This document shows positions 13,098-30,439 of a stretch of DNA of 64,000 nt, piece after piece. The notes under the pieces are model-generated. The model was not told the origin of the DNA and searched no databases. It worked only from the letters and a program-made list of their open reading frames with translations. Within the stretch, counting starts at the first letter, position 1. Each line of letters begins with the position of its first letter. Source of the stretch: Lama guanicoe (taxonomy: Eukaryota); assembly GCA_013239625.1 (NCBI GenBank), contig MU054212.1:7290270-7354269 (forward strand), read 5' to 3'. Made by a program: the position numbers and the translations under genes.

Positions 13098-15171
13098 CCC
13101 TGGTGAAAATGATTCTTCCCGAGGAACAAGGACTTTGGATCCCACATATTCTAGAGCGAAGGGGACAGGAAGCACAGTCGGCCAGTGGTTCCCTGGGAGT
13201 GATCATACAGAGGTTCATTCATTCCACCCCTTGGTTCCCAGACCCATGGATTCTAACTCTCTGGGACACAGCACCAAATGGCATCTCTTGATTCATTGCA
13301 TCGACTGCATTCCAGAGAATAGTATCCTGGAATTTTCCAATCAGAAGATGGGGAGCCTAGGACCTTTTATCCACTCACATTGGGGCTGTGGTAGACCACG
13401 AGGTGGGACACTGGCAAGGTGATGCAATTGTACGTTATAGCTGTGCTGAGCTCAGGTCAGGGGAGAGATGAACAAGGACTAGAAGCATCTGCTCCACGTA
13501 GGAGAAATGCAGAATAGAAGGGCAGAGGCTTTTTCTTTACTGCCACTGTACTGCCAGCACCGAAGCTGGTGCCAGGTATGTAGGTTCACATGAGTGGCTT
13601 AGTGAGTATCTGTTGAATGAAGATGAAATAATTGTGAGTAAACAGTGAATCAGTGAAGTTTTGCCTGAAATTTTCCAGATGTATTGCCTATTTCAGTGTG
13701 GCTATCAGTCTCTTCTTAGGTGAGGTGGCTCGGGGTCTCACATCTGTGGCTCTCTTGCAGACGTGGTGGTGGCATCCAGCCTGTCACCTCTGTGCTCAGC
13801 GTCTCTCTTTTCTGGGTTTGATGGACCATTATCCAGTTTAGAGCAGCTAGTAGAATACTCACTTTTAGATTCAATGTTCTCCTTTGTTCCTGAATGGTGG
13901 TTTAGCCAACACATTTATGAAAGAGTGATTTGAGTTAAATTTTAAAAGAGGGACAGTAGTTCAATGGATGAAAATGGAGTGTAGAGAAAACCACAGACAA
14001 AAACATGGGGATGAGAAATCTCTGAGTGTGTTTCCAGATAGCAGTGACTTAGTAGAACTTAGGATATATGGGTTTGTATACGAGAGTAACAGGAAATCTT
14101 TGAAAATATAATTGGAGCTACAGTTTGCCACACCTTTGAGGAGCAGGCTAAAACACTGACATCTTCATGAGGGGTCCAGTTCCTGAGTCCTGCCCCTGCA
14201 ACAAAGCTCACACTCTGAACTCTATGCTTTATAGAAAACCATTCTGTCCGCATCCTTAATCTTCCAAGACCCTGCACGCGTTTCACCTGTAGCATCAAGT
14301 TCTTCCTAACCACTCATGTCCACCTAGATATCTCCCCCTAGCTTTAAATTTTTGGCGCTTAATTCCCACTCACCTAGTGCTTGGCATTGTTTAACTGTTC
14401 CTGTGTTCCGTCTTCACTCCTCAACTGCATAAGAAGTCAGTCAAGAACAACACTCTTTATCCCCTGTGTCAGCAAGTGGAATAGATGTACAGAGAAGATG
14501 TAGCAAATAGTTGGAAAGTTAAAAAGCATCCAATTCGATGATGCTTATCCAAATCTCTCCTATACAGGAATTTAAAAAAAATGTTTGAGGGAAATGGTTA
14601 GTAGCATGAAGTTGCACAGATTTTAAACTTTGTTATGTACCTCTTTTTTGTGTGCATCCAAAGAGGTGAGAAGAATCAAGGGAGGGGTATGTGTGACAGT
14701 GTGGGTGTATTTGTGTTAATATGTTTCAGAACGTTCTGTCATCTAAACCTCAGACACTGAAAGAATCTGAGTGATCAGAATGGATTTCTTCAGCTGTCAC
14801 ACATTTTAGAAAATTTAATTAAAAAAACTTAATCTAAAGGTGTACACATATGTTGATTTTTTTTTAATTTGGTACCATTTAAGGCATATTAAAATGAAAA
14901 CAGTATAAAACTTTTGTATTAAACCACATACATTTGTTGTACTCACCACTGATAATGAAAATGCTAATACAGCTTTCCTTCAAATTGATGTGTTGTCATT
15001 AGAATGGTCACCGTGAGCAGTTCAGCTTCCCTACTAGGAAATTTATCTCTTGTTAGATTCCTTCCCTCCCTTCTCTCTCTCTCTCTCCACCCTCAGCTTT
15101 CTCTTCTTTCTGCATGCTTTTACTTTGAATTGTTTTTGATGGAATCTTGTTTTTGTCGGCTTATTTCCTAG

Positions 15172-15294
<123 letters not shown>

Positions 15295-15559
15295 TGACAT
15301 ATTTGAGTACACACACCGTGCTGAGATTTGCACCGTTCTCTGATTCCCAAGTCTTTTTCCCCCCTGAAGTATACTTTTGTGAGAACTCACATCCTATTTC
15401 AAATGACTTCATTAATTCTTCTGTTGTGCTTGGCATTTCTGATGTCCAGCAGTTTTGAAGAAAGCGTGACCTTATCTGGAAGATACTAAAAACTGTTGCT
15501 GTAGCAATATTTTCTTTGGGAAGGGCAGCTTCATTATGTGCTTGATATGTTACATATTC

Positions 15560-16860
15560 TCTTAATGTCTCAGACCCTGAAGACTATTCTTTTAATATTG
15601 TCTTCCCCTGAAGCCACAGCTTCACCTCATCCTTCCTTTAGTCACTAAGCTTCTTGAAAGACTAGAAGATACCCAGTGCTACCACATTTTTTACTCATTT
15701 AGCCACTCACATGGTGACACTTGGGTGTGGCCCCCCATACACAATGGAAACCACCCCTTCTAGAGTCTACGACTGGCTTTCTAGTGGCAACATTCAGTTT
15801 CCTCTTCTAAGTCCTTACGTTTCATGTTCCTTCTCCAATATCTCATTTGGTTTCTACCCTATTCCATTGGAAACCATCTACCTTAGACATCTGTCATATA
15901 TTTTAAATTGTGTCCTGGCGCTTCATTCTGACCGGCTGTTTCTCATCTTCCTTCAGAAGCTCCTTTTCCTCCATCGAATGGGAAATGGCAATGTCTCCAC
16001 CATTCTTGTCCCTGATATGTGCATTTGTGACCAGACATGTCCTCTGGGCAGCTTCCTTCACCACCGTGGTCTCAGCTATGGCCCACATCTGGCTCTGTCT
16101 CCTCTTTCCTGATCCTCAGTGTTTCATTCCAGAAGCCTGCCGGGGCTTCGTAATAGCAGGCACCTTAAAACCAAAATGCCAGTGTTAAAACTATCTTCCC
16201 TTTTAATGTCTGCTTTTCTTCTGCCTTCTGTTTATGTCACCACTTTCCTCACTGCTTCTCACTTTGGAACCTTGATGATACCTTTGTTCCTCTTCCTCCT
16301 CCCCAGATCCCTCTGGTTATGAACTGCTAATTGTGTCTTGAATCTAAATCCTCTTCAGCATTGTCCAGATGCCGCCTGACTGTAATCCCCACCTCTCGTC
16401 TGTGCGGTTCAGTAGCCTCCTAGCCAGTCTCTGAGTTGCTTATTTGGCTGTCTTCCTCCCTCACTGAACACTGCCAGGACCTGCGTCTGTCTCTTGCAGG
16501 AGGAATTCAGGGCTCTCTTTAAAAGGTGCTCTGGGTAATCTGCTGCAGCCTACTTTTCCTATTTCATTTCATGCTGCATTCTCCTCACAATTGGCCGCTC
16601 AGAAGAGTGTAAATATAGGTATTTATATCTCTGTGCCTTGTGAGCTAATTAGTTTATGAAAGCTTGGTCATCTTTCGGAAGCTGACTCAAGAATCTGCTT
16701 CTCTATGTGATCTTCCCTAATCGATCTAGGCCGAATTAAGTGCCTTCCCTTCTATACTTTCACTACATTGATTCTTATGACTGATATAGTGACATTGTAT
16801 TATTATAGTCAACTGTGTGCTCCATCTTTCACTGGACTGGTTTCATTAAAGACAGTGAAT
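15560..16860 (+). mobile_element. LINE-2 remnants (continuing at ~17910-17990 after the L1)
   Basis: Pyrimidine-rich L2-like sequence (aatggaaaccacccct...; ggaaccttgatgatacc...); L2 3'-end-like cctggcatgcagtacatttgctaaatattt after the L1. Confidence 0.55.
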
Positions 16861-16865
16861 ATACA

Positions 16866-17907
16866 CTTTTTTTAAAAGTTGAAGTGTAGTCAGTTTACAA
16901 TGTTGTGTCAGTTTCTGGTGTACGATAGTTCAGTTATACGTATACACACATTATTCATTTTCATTGTAGATTACTGCAAGATATTGACTGTAGTTCCCTG
17001 TGCTATACAGTAGAAACTTGTTATCTATTTTCTATATAGTAGTTAGTATCTGCAAATCTCAAATTCCTAGATTATTCCTTTCCCCTTTCCCCCTGGTAAT
17101 CATAAGTTTCTTTTCCAGGTCTGTGAGTCTATTTCTCTTTTGTAAATAAGAAAATTTGTCTATTTTTTTAGATTCCACATATAAGTGATATTATATGGTA
17201 TTTTTCTTTCTTTTTCTGGCTTACTTCACTTAGAATGATGATCTCCAGGTCCATCCATGTTGCTGCAAATGGCATGGTTTTATTCTTCTTTATGGCTGAG
17301 TAATATTCCATTGTATAAATATACCACAACTTCTTTATCCAGTCATCTATCAGTGGACGTTTAGGTTATTTTCATGTCTTGGCTGTTGTACATAATGCTA
17401 CTGTGAACATTGGGGTGCATGTATCTTCTCAAATTAAAGTTCCCTCTGGATATTTGCCTAGGAGTGGGATTGCTGGATCATACAGTAAGTCTGTTTTTAG
17501 TCTTTTAAGGACTGCATACTGTTTTCCATAATGCACCAAACTGCATTCCCACCAACAGTGTAGGAAGGATTCCCTGTTCTCCACACCTTCTCCAGCATTT
17601 ATCATTTGTGGACTTTTGAATGATGGCCATTCTGACTGGTGTGAGGTGATATCTCATTTCAGTTATGATGCGCATTTCTCTGATACTTAGCGATACTGAG
17701 CATTTTTTCTTGTGCCTATTGGCCATTTGTATGTCTTCATTGGAAAATTGCTTGTTTACGTCTTCTGCCCATTTCTATATTGGGTTTTTTTTTTTTATTA
17801 AGTTGTCTGAGCTGTTTATTTATTCTGGAAATTAAGCACATGTCAGTCTTACCTCTTGCAAGTATTTTCTCTCATTCCATGGGTTGTCTTTTTGTTTTGC
17901 TTATGGT
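16866..17907 (-). mobile_element. 5'-truncated LINE-1 (ORF2 C-terminus + 3' UTR), inserted into an older L2
   Basis: ORF 17505..17726(-) [50 protein letters not shown] is the L1 ORF2p C-terminal region. T-tail at the left end; possible TSD tacacttttt (16862) / tacactcttt (17907). Confidence 0.92.
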
Positions 17908-18056
17908 ACACTCTTTCATTCACAACCCCTGGCATGCAGTACATTTGCTAAATATTTTACAGTTCATCTCTGATGAAATGACTGAGTGATGTTCATGAAA
18001 AGAGAAGCTGTAGAAATATTATCAGTACTCAGCCTACGACCTTTCAGCATCCATAA

Positions 18057-18251
<195 letters not shown>

Positions 18252-19338
18252 TAAGTACTAGAGCATTTTTTTTCTCATTTCTCTTAGAAGGAAATGAAAA
18301 TGTAATTCTCTGCTTCACATAGCACACTCACATGCTATAAAACTTAATAAACCTGCAATAAAAGGTGGTAGGCCCTCAGTGTAAGAAATTGCAGGTAAAA
18401 TTATAGTGGCATATCAGCACTTACATTTAAAAAAAATGCATTTTCAGAGGTTTATAACTTGTCCATAAAAATTCATTTTGGACTGAAAATAGCACATGAA
18501 ACCCTATAGAAGTCGATTTTGGCTTTCTTAACTGGATTTTAGTAAAAAATCTCCTGTTTTTTCCCCAAGCATTTGCATTAATGAATGCATTAAAGACTAG
18601 TAGTCTTAGACACATATTTGATTCTCACATTTTCCCAAAAGTGTTAACTCTTCATATGCATTTGTTTAGTCCTTATTTGGGGGAGAGCCTGAACTATTAC
18701 CCTTCACTCTGTCCATTTTCCTCTTCATGTATAACCATTTTTTAAGACATTATTTTTATGTGTGTGTGTGTGTGTTAAATATAATACCGGCCACGTGAGA
18801 ATGTGGTAGTGGCTAAACTAGAATTGGAAGTAGTTTCTCCTTTGCCTCGCGGTGAACCGTACTTGGGCACAACCCGCATCTCAGAGACTGTCAGATCCCT
18901 AAGAAAGAAAGGGGGAGTTAAGAGCCAACAGTTGGTGGCAACTTTAGTTCATCCTGGGTAGAGGGGTCTGTGCTTTAATCCCCACATACTAGTGCTTGAA
19001 AGTCGTTTTGTGTACAAGACACAGAGGTGGTGGCAGGCAACCACCAAACCTGTACCATTTGGTCTCAATTCACAAACCTCCCCCTGTCATCGGGGGAGTC
19101 CCCCATCGAGAGGACCCACGTGATGAACAGTCTGCTTACACAAGGGTGGCCTCTGGCGAGCTGTCTGGAGTTGCGGTCCCCATGAGTGTGAGTAGGAAAG
19201 TTCCTTTTCAGTTGCTGCCCTCACACCCTGGGTACATATACGTATTGAAGCAAAACTAAAAGGAGATAAAATTAACGTCTTCTCTCAAGTGTTGAAATCA
19301 TGGCAGACTAGATATATGCCTTCTTATACAGTTACCCG

Positions 19339-19513
19339 CAGTATTACTCAAGCCCAGTTGCATCAAAATCCTCCTTGGAGTTTTAAAAACAGATGCAGAT
19401 GCCCAACATCCACCCCAGACATACTGATGGGGGATGCCCAGGAGCTGAGCCCAGGAATCTGTATTCTTAGGTGCTTCCCCATCAAGCGGATGCCCAGCAG
19501 AATTAAGAACCCT
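19339..19513. mobile_element. MER5-type hAT-Charlie MITE
   Basis: gcatcaaaatc...ttaaaaacagatgcagatgccc...gcccaggaatctgtattctta...taagaaccctg. Confidence 0.65.
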
Positions 19514-19789
19514 GGAGGGTGGCATTGAAGACCACTCAGGGGGCCTTCCTTGCCTTTTCTGACAAAGAGAATGTTGGGAGCGCTTTTTGCAGTAAGGGCA
19601 GAAGGAGAGCAAGCTCGTTACCTCCAAAGCACTGATCCTTAGGTTCTGTTGAGTACTGGGCCAGTTCTTTTATTAAGTCAACAAAATTCATCCAGCGTGA
19701 ATGTGCCAAACACCGTCCCAGACGCCAGAGAGCCTGTGTTGTAGGGACCCTCCAGAGAGCTTTTCCTCCGTCAGCACATTAATCACTGA

Positions 19790-19950
19790 GCAGACCCTGA
19801 GCAAATTACTGAGCTTTGCCAATGTTGTTTCACTTAATCCTCCCAACAATCCTATCAGGTGGGTACCATTATTATTCTTATTTTTAAAAGGGTTTAGGAA
19901 ACTGAGAGACGATGAAACTAAGTAATTTCCCCAGGTTTACAGTGTGGTTA
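19790..19950 (-). mobile_element. MIR SINE
   Basis: cacttaatcctcccaacaatcctatcaggtgggtaccattattatt...ggaaactgagag...aagtaatttccccagg. Confidence 0.7.
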
Positions 19951-22099
19951 AGTAATGTGCTCAGTGTCTTAATACTGCAAATCCTTCTCAGAAAAAATTC
20001 GCACACCTGCAGTTTTTCACCTGAAATTTGGGGGCTTGGTAGACTGTCATGGATGCCAGGTTAAAGACCCCTGCCCTGGCAAGTGACCAAGACAGCACTG
20101 TGAGTAAACACACCCCCCACCCTACCCCCGACAGCATCCCTGCGTTCTAAATACAAACAGTTCTTTTACTTGACCGACCTTTTTCTTGCTGTAGTTTATT
20201 CAGAGAGTTTCTGTCCCCTTACGCCTTGCTCGTCTCTTCCTGTCTTTGATCACATATTGGATGACGGATGTATTTTGGACATCTCATTGACTGCCCGTCT
20301 AATTTTGTTTCTAGATTACCTGCATTCCCTCAGCGTGTGAGGGAAGTTTTCCTGCCATCAGATAATTTTCCGTTGACTGACACCATGTGCCTTCTCATTG
20401 CTCTGATTTTTCCCAAGATCTTTATTTTGGTTTTTATTGGCTTCTCTGCCTATAATAGAATGCTGTTCTGCATTCGCTTTAGTTTTAGAGATCCCATGTA
20501 TTTGCTAACTCATAGTTATAGGAGTTGGTCTGTTGATTTACGATCCAGATTTCTCGAGGGCAGGGTTTTTTTGTGTGGTTACGTGGTATGCTGTGAACAT
20601 CTTCCTTCTATGCCTTATGCCATCTTGTATCTATTTTCCCATGAAAATAATAAAATGTTTACATGCATATTTTATACAATGCTGTTTTCCATATGAGAGA
20701 TATATCACATACATATACGATATTTAGTAATATTAAATATATTTAATGATATTCTTATTAATCAACTAGCTGAAATCTGGCTGCCAGTGGCTAGATTCTG
20801 TGTGTTCTCCATCTAACCTAGTATCAGTGTATCTGTGCTTGACCTCGCCCCATGGGACCTTGTTTCTAATTGATTATTCTGCTCTAAATGTATTTGTTGC
20901 ATAATTATTCTGATCCTCTCAGTACAGTATAAATTGTGGTTTAGTTTGAACCCATCTTAGGGAATGTTGAAAGAAGAGAAACTAATAATGAAGGCATATC
21001 CTCTATCTTCTTTTGAGAGCCTTCTGAATTTTAGTAAAGAAGGCAGTGATCAAATACCCAAAAAGTATATTCAACTTTATCTCCTTTTCATTTTGAGGAT
21101 TTAAGTAAAAGTTTGAAGAAGATTTCTCTGAGGTGTTTTCCTGTTAGAGCTGTATTTCTTCACTCAAATATGTTTCTTCCTCTGGAAATGTTCTCTCTTC
21201 TGCTTCTCTTTGTAATTGCCTGTACTCTAATTTAACTTCATGTAGAACAGCGTATTTTCCTACCATCTCATGTAACTTACTATGACAGGAAATAGTGATT
21301 TACAGTATTGTTGATGGTAACTCTGATTAACTTTGCCTTGTGACCTGAACAGTAGTGGGCTATTTCTTGATATTCTGTGATATCATAGAATATTTTGATG
21401 TTCCAAAATGATACTTTGATGGAATATCTTTACAGAAAGAGATCTACATCAAAGAACTTAAAAGTCTTGCCTCACACAGATGTAATCTAGTAGAATCAAC
21501 GAATCCACTTTGATCACCCCAAGTTTGTTATTCTTCAGTGAAGTTTCCGTATTGTCTTCGATTAGGTGATCACTTTTACCTTGCGTTCAGAGAACTTAAT
21601 CATTTCAATTTCAGGATTTTACGACATACTCATCTTCTATTGAACTTAATTATTTGGTTATGTTGCATCCTTTGAGGACTGTGTAATTTTCTATTTTAAG
21701 GATATATTTCTACTTTCTGACTTTTAGCAAAAATTTAGCTCTTATACATTCTTTTACTTTTCTGCCCACATTTCTTAGTCTTTGGTAGTATGCAGCTTTC
21801 TTTTACTAACGCTTGGCAGGGTTCAAATCTCCTTGCTTAGAGAATAAAAATCAATACCTTTCTTAACCAGAAGTAGATTTTATTTTTATTATGATTTAAA
21901 GGCAGTAGAAGAACTAAGCCATCATAGATTTACATAAATTTATAAATTACATAAATTATTTACATAAATTAAGCATGTTGGTGTATAAAATTAACTTAAT
22001 GCATTTACTTCTATTGAATACTGTATTTGGTGAGGTCTAAGTTGTATCTTTCATGTTTTGTGGTCAAACAATAATGTAATTTTTCTAATTTCTGATCAG

Positions 22100-24056
22100 G
22101 TTGGGCATGTCAAGAGAGGAATCTGTAAAGCTTACATCTGGACCAAACAGTGACGGAGCTGAGCATGGTTCTCCGTGTGGGGCCTCAGGCCTTCCAGCTC
22201 TTCCTGCACAGATGCCCTTGGAAGAACAACACCCCGAAAGCAGGAGAAGTCCAGCTTCTCCAGAGCCTGATTTCTGTGCCACGCTCTGTCCCATGGTAGA
22301 CGTAGGTAAAGATGTAATGACAGAATCGGAATCAGAGGACATCCTCATCCCCGAAGAATCTGTGATTCAGGAGGAAATTGCAGAAGAGGTGGAGACTAGC
22401 ATCTGTGAATGCCAGGATGAAAATCACAAGACAATAGCTGAATTTTCCGAGGAGTCCGCAAGCCCCACCAATTCTCACGAAGAGCCCCCTATAGTGCCTC
22501 CTGAGGATCACTTGGAGTCCTGTGTTATCATGAACGATGTTTTAGAAACTTTGCCTCATACTGAAGTGAAGGTGGAAGAGAAAGCAGAATCTCCCCAGGA
22601 AGAAATGTCTGTTGTCATTGATCACCTGGAAGTCTGTGACTCTCTCGTTCCATCCGCCTCACCTGGGACTCATGTCAGTGACACCGAACACAAGGAGCCA
22701 GAAACTGCACTTGAGACCAACACTCCAAAAATAAAGACAGGGTCATCTTCCTTAGAAGGCCAGTTTCCCAGTGAAGGAGTTGCTGTCGACATGGAGCTGC
22801 AGAGTGAGCCCGATGAACAGCTTTCTGAAAACGCGTGCGTCTCTGAAACGTCCTTCTCCTCGGAGAGCCCAGAGGGAGCCGGCACCAGCCTGACATCCCC
22901 AGGAGGGGAAACCCAGTCCACTTCCGAAGAATCCTGTACTCCGGCCTCCCTTGAGACAACATTTTGTTCTGAGGTGTCCAGCACTGAAAACACGGACAGA
23001 TATACTCAGAGAAACCCCACTGATGAAAATCTCCACGCATCCTTGATGTCCGAGATCTCTCCAGTATCCACTTCACCTGAAATATCAGAAGCATCTCTGA
23101 TGTCCAATTTACCTCTAACCTCTGAAGCATCCCCAGTATCCAATTTACCTTTAACATCAGAAACATCACCCATGTCCGATTTACCTTTGACATCAGAACC
23201 TTCCTCAGTGTCTTCCATGCTTCTCACATCTGAGACCACTTTTATATCCAGTTTGCCACTTCCTTCAGAAACTTCTCCAATTTCTAATTCTTTGATGAAT
23301 GAGAGAATGGCACATCAACAAAGAAAGCCAACTTCCATACCTGAAGAACCACTCTCCCCACAGAAAGATGAAGGTTCTACCCCTGCCAAGCCCCTAGGAG
23401 AGAACCTCATCTCTCAGCAGAAGACTCTGTCAAATACTCCGGAACCCATCAAAATGGGTCCTTCTTCCATCACTCCTGAAGCATTTTCATCAGAAGAATT
23501 GCACAGTAAGACCCTGAATCCGCAGCCTTGCAAATCACATGCTGAAACTGAGAAGCCCTGTCCTACATCAATTCCAGAACTTCCTTCTACAGAAATGATA
23601 AAAGTGAAAAATCATAACGTCCTGCAAAGAACCGAAAAGAAAGGAATGTCTTCACCATTGGAATTACCTGTCTTTCCTGAAGAGTCAGAGAGCAAGGGCA
23701 ATGAGCTCCCATCCGCTAAGCTGCAGGACAAGCAGTACGTCTCATCAGCGGATAAGTCTTCATTTTCAGAAGGCTCTAGAAATAAAATGCATAAGCAAGG
23801 AAGCTCACAGACTCGGTTGGAGACCTCGCATACTTCCAAGTTGTCGGAGCCCTCCAGGTCCCCGGACGGGGTAAGAAATGAAAGTCGAGAATCTGAGATA
23901 TCGAAGAGGAAAACCGCAGAGCAGCACAGCTTTGGGACCTGTAAGGAGAAGAGGGCTAGGATAGAGGGGGCCCCGTCCACCCGGAACTTCTCGTCCAGCA
24001 GTCCACCTGAGAAAGAGCAGCCCCCAAGAGAGGAACCGAGGGTTCCACCTCTCAAG
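22100..24056 (+). CDS. ASXL3: ASXL3 large penultimate coding exon (probably exon 11), Ser/Glu/Pro/Thr-rich region
   Basis: tctgatcAG acceptor; AA+G completes Lys. 1957 nt open (ORF track 22101..24131), ending ...[15 protein letters not shown], homologous to the ASXL1 EEPKVPPIR exon end. Confidence 0.96.
23103..23282 (+). repeat. Coding tandem repeat, 5 x 36 bp (12 aa; consensus [12 protein letters not shown])
   Basis: [12 protein letters not shown] / [12 protein letters not shown] / [12 protein letters not shown] / [12 protein letters not shown] / [12 protein letters not shown] in the penultimate exon. Confidence 0.9.
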
Positions 24057-25634
24057 GTATGGTATTTGGTTTTAAAAGGAAATGTCATAGACAGGCTTGT
24101 CTTATTTAGATACTTAATTTTTCAAAAGTAAATGTAACAGCTTATAATCTGAGACTCCCAGCAGCAGTCTAATATTAAATGATCCCTTTTCAGGCTGCAC
24201 TGAGCTCATATGATAAGTTTAGATACATGTATATATTTAGACCTTGGCATTTCAGGAAAAAGAAATGAGAAGGGAGAACAGGGCCCGGAGGAGCCCTCAG
24301 GCCATTAAGATGCAGGGTCTCTGGGGGACTCCAGGTATAGGACAGAGACCTGCATAAACTTGGAAAAGCTGGAAAAATAATTCAGCATCCTGTAAAAGTT
24401 CAGTAGGACTAGAGACAGTAGCAGTCAAAAGTCAGCGACCTACACGAAAGCCACGAAGGTACGTATTATCCCTTCATTCACTTTCCAACAAACTTGGAGC
24501 ACCCCACTGCCTAGCAGAGAGGACCTGGCTTATGGAAGAGCTGCGTTAAATATTCCTTTAAGAAATCAATGAAATTGCTTTGCAAACCCTCAGGGAAAGT
24601 GCTGTAGATAAATAGGTATACAAATCCTACTGCTTTATTTCCAAGATAGTAAAGAGGTATTTAACTTCACAAAATAATAAAGCCTGTAAATAAACATTCC
24701 TGTTTATATATTTTATTTTGATCCCAGGTGGATTTTTACTCTCAGAAAAGAAACCTTTTATATAAATTGGCTCTGTCTCAGTAAACTGAAAATTAAGATT
24801 AATTCAAAAGAAACTCTCTATTTAATACAAAAAAAAAATCCTACCCACTATAATTTATACTCATTTAGTGCTTTTATCTCGGCCCATTTATACTGTCCTA
24901 CAATAAAATGAATTACTCCATCGTACGATTGGTCTAGAATTATAAACATACTCCAGCTTTGTTTTTCTTAACCTCTTTCTCTTTATTTTGCTCTGCTCTG
25001 ACATCTACTTTTAAGATGTGACTCATGATCTCCCTAAGGTTGACTTTTAAGAGCATGATTGTAGTTACTCTATTTAATAAAGCAGTCCCTGTTTCAAAAA
25101 GATCCTGGAGATGTAAAAGATGAACATTAAGCTCCCATTAAAACCCTGCTGTACATTTTAATTTCTGAAGCAGTGGAAAGAAAAATGTAAGCATGCTTTC
25201 CATAGGAAATATTGTTAAACACACTAACTTTTTTTTGTCACAAGCTTATTTTCAAAGTGATATATACTTTATATAAAGATAGATAAGGAAATAGAGAATA
25301 AGTGTATTTGACATTGTTAGGCTTAATATTTTTGATTTTTTAAACTGAGGGAAATATTTAAAAGGAAGAACTGAATTCCTTTTCTAAATTCATCTTTTTT
25401 TGGAGCCTTTGGATTAGAAGAGAGACATCACAAGTTTGAAAATGAGAAATGAGACAGCTCGGGAAGATAATTCCTTCTACCAAAGTTCTAAAGCATCATT
25501 CCAAACTGATATGATCTTGTAGCATGTGTCACATGTTTATAATGTAAATATATGCAAGTATAATATGTTAAGAAGAGAGATGTAAATTTTCTAGGAAAAA
25601 CTTTCCCTGGAGGAGAAAATAAAAGGAAACACAG

Positions 25635-25790
25635 TACATGGCAGCATTACAGAGCAGAGAGCCCAAAGACTGTCACTCACTAGTTGTGTGAACCCAGGGC
25701 TGGCTATCTCCAGGGGCTCAGTTTTTCAACTGTAAATGGAAAGGGCTTTAACTAGATCCCTTCCAGCTCTCTGAGTCTGTGACTCTGAAC
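25635..25790 (+). mobile_element. MIR SINE
   Basis: cactcactagttgtgtgaaccc...ctcagtttttcaactgtaaatgg...cccttccagctct. Confidence 0.55.
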
Positions 25791-26733
25791 ATTTTTAGTG
25801 ACTGGAGCATCACAGACATTGCTGTGGGATGCTGTTAGGTCTCGTGCCTCACGAAATTGGCATGAGTAGGTGAACAGTGTGGGCTGGGTTGTTCATGAAA
25901 TTCAGCTAATTGTGGATTTCCAATATCAAATAAATTGCCCCACCCATGCTGTCTTTTGGAGGCAGAAAACCAGAGTGGCCCTTGCTTTCAAAAAAACAAT
26001 AATAACAAAAATCCCTTTGGAAAGCAGAGCACCCCCACAAATGTAGTCTCGTCCCATCTTTATAACAGCTCTGTGAAGGAAACAGACCAGAAAGAACTCG
26101 TCTCATTCGACAGCTGAGTCCACAGGCCCTTCTGTGTGCTGACTCTACGTGTGTAAGGGGTGTGCTAGGTGGTATAGGACTTGGTGGAACCTGCAGACTC
26201 TCTGAGTCAGGGAGGTCCCTGGAGAAACTGAAGTACACAATGATTTGCCCAGGGCCACAGCGTTCCTTTGAGTCAAGCCAGGCTGAGAATTCTAGTCTTC
26301 TGACCCTTGATTAGGGCTTTTTCCTTTGTGTCAGATTAGGACAGATAAACTTAAATAAGAGTTAAGGTCCCACTTTTTCATGCCAGCCAGGAAGATAATT
26401 TGAAAGCTAAATATATCTAAGTCTTTTTAGCTAACCTCATTTTAAGAAGCATGGGTTTTGTTTCCTTTTATATCAGGCTTTAAGAAGAGGTTTCATTTCC
26501 ATGCCAAATAAAATCTCCAGTTGATGTAGATTAAAAACAGATTAAAAATTTCATTTTCCACATTCACGCTGCGTGTGTTGCCATTTTACCCCCTGAAGGC
26601 GCATCCAGGGCTCCGGGTGCAGTTCATGCCCCGTTCAGGGAGAACCAGCCCCTCCCGTCCTTCACCCTGCAGACCGCGGGCCCCGCTGTGTCACGCCCAC
26701 GTACTTTATCTTTCCGTTTTCCCCCTACTGTAG

Positions 26734-30439
<3,706 letters not shown>

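Noticed and set aside
1..15171. Additional ASXL3 coding exons upstream
   Set aside because: No segment translating to recognisable ASXL sequence was found; consistent with one large intron, although micro-exons cannot be excluded by eye.
17505..17726. Active L1 ORF2
   Set aside because: Only a ~1-kb 5'-truncated copy with disrupted frame.
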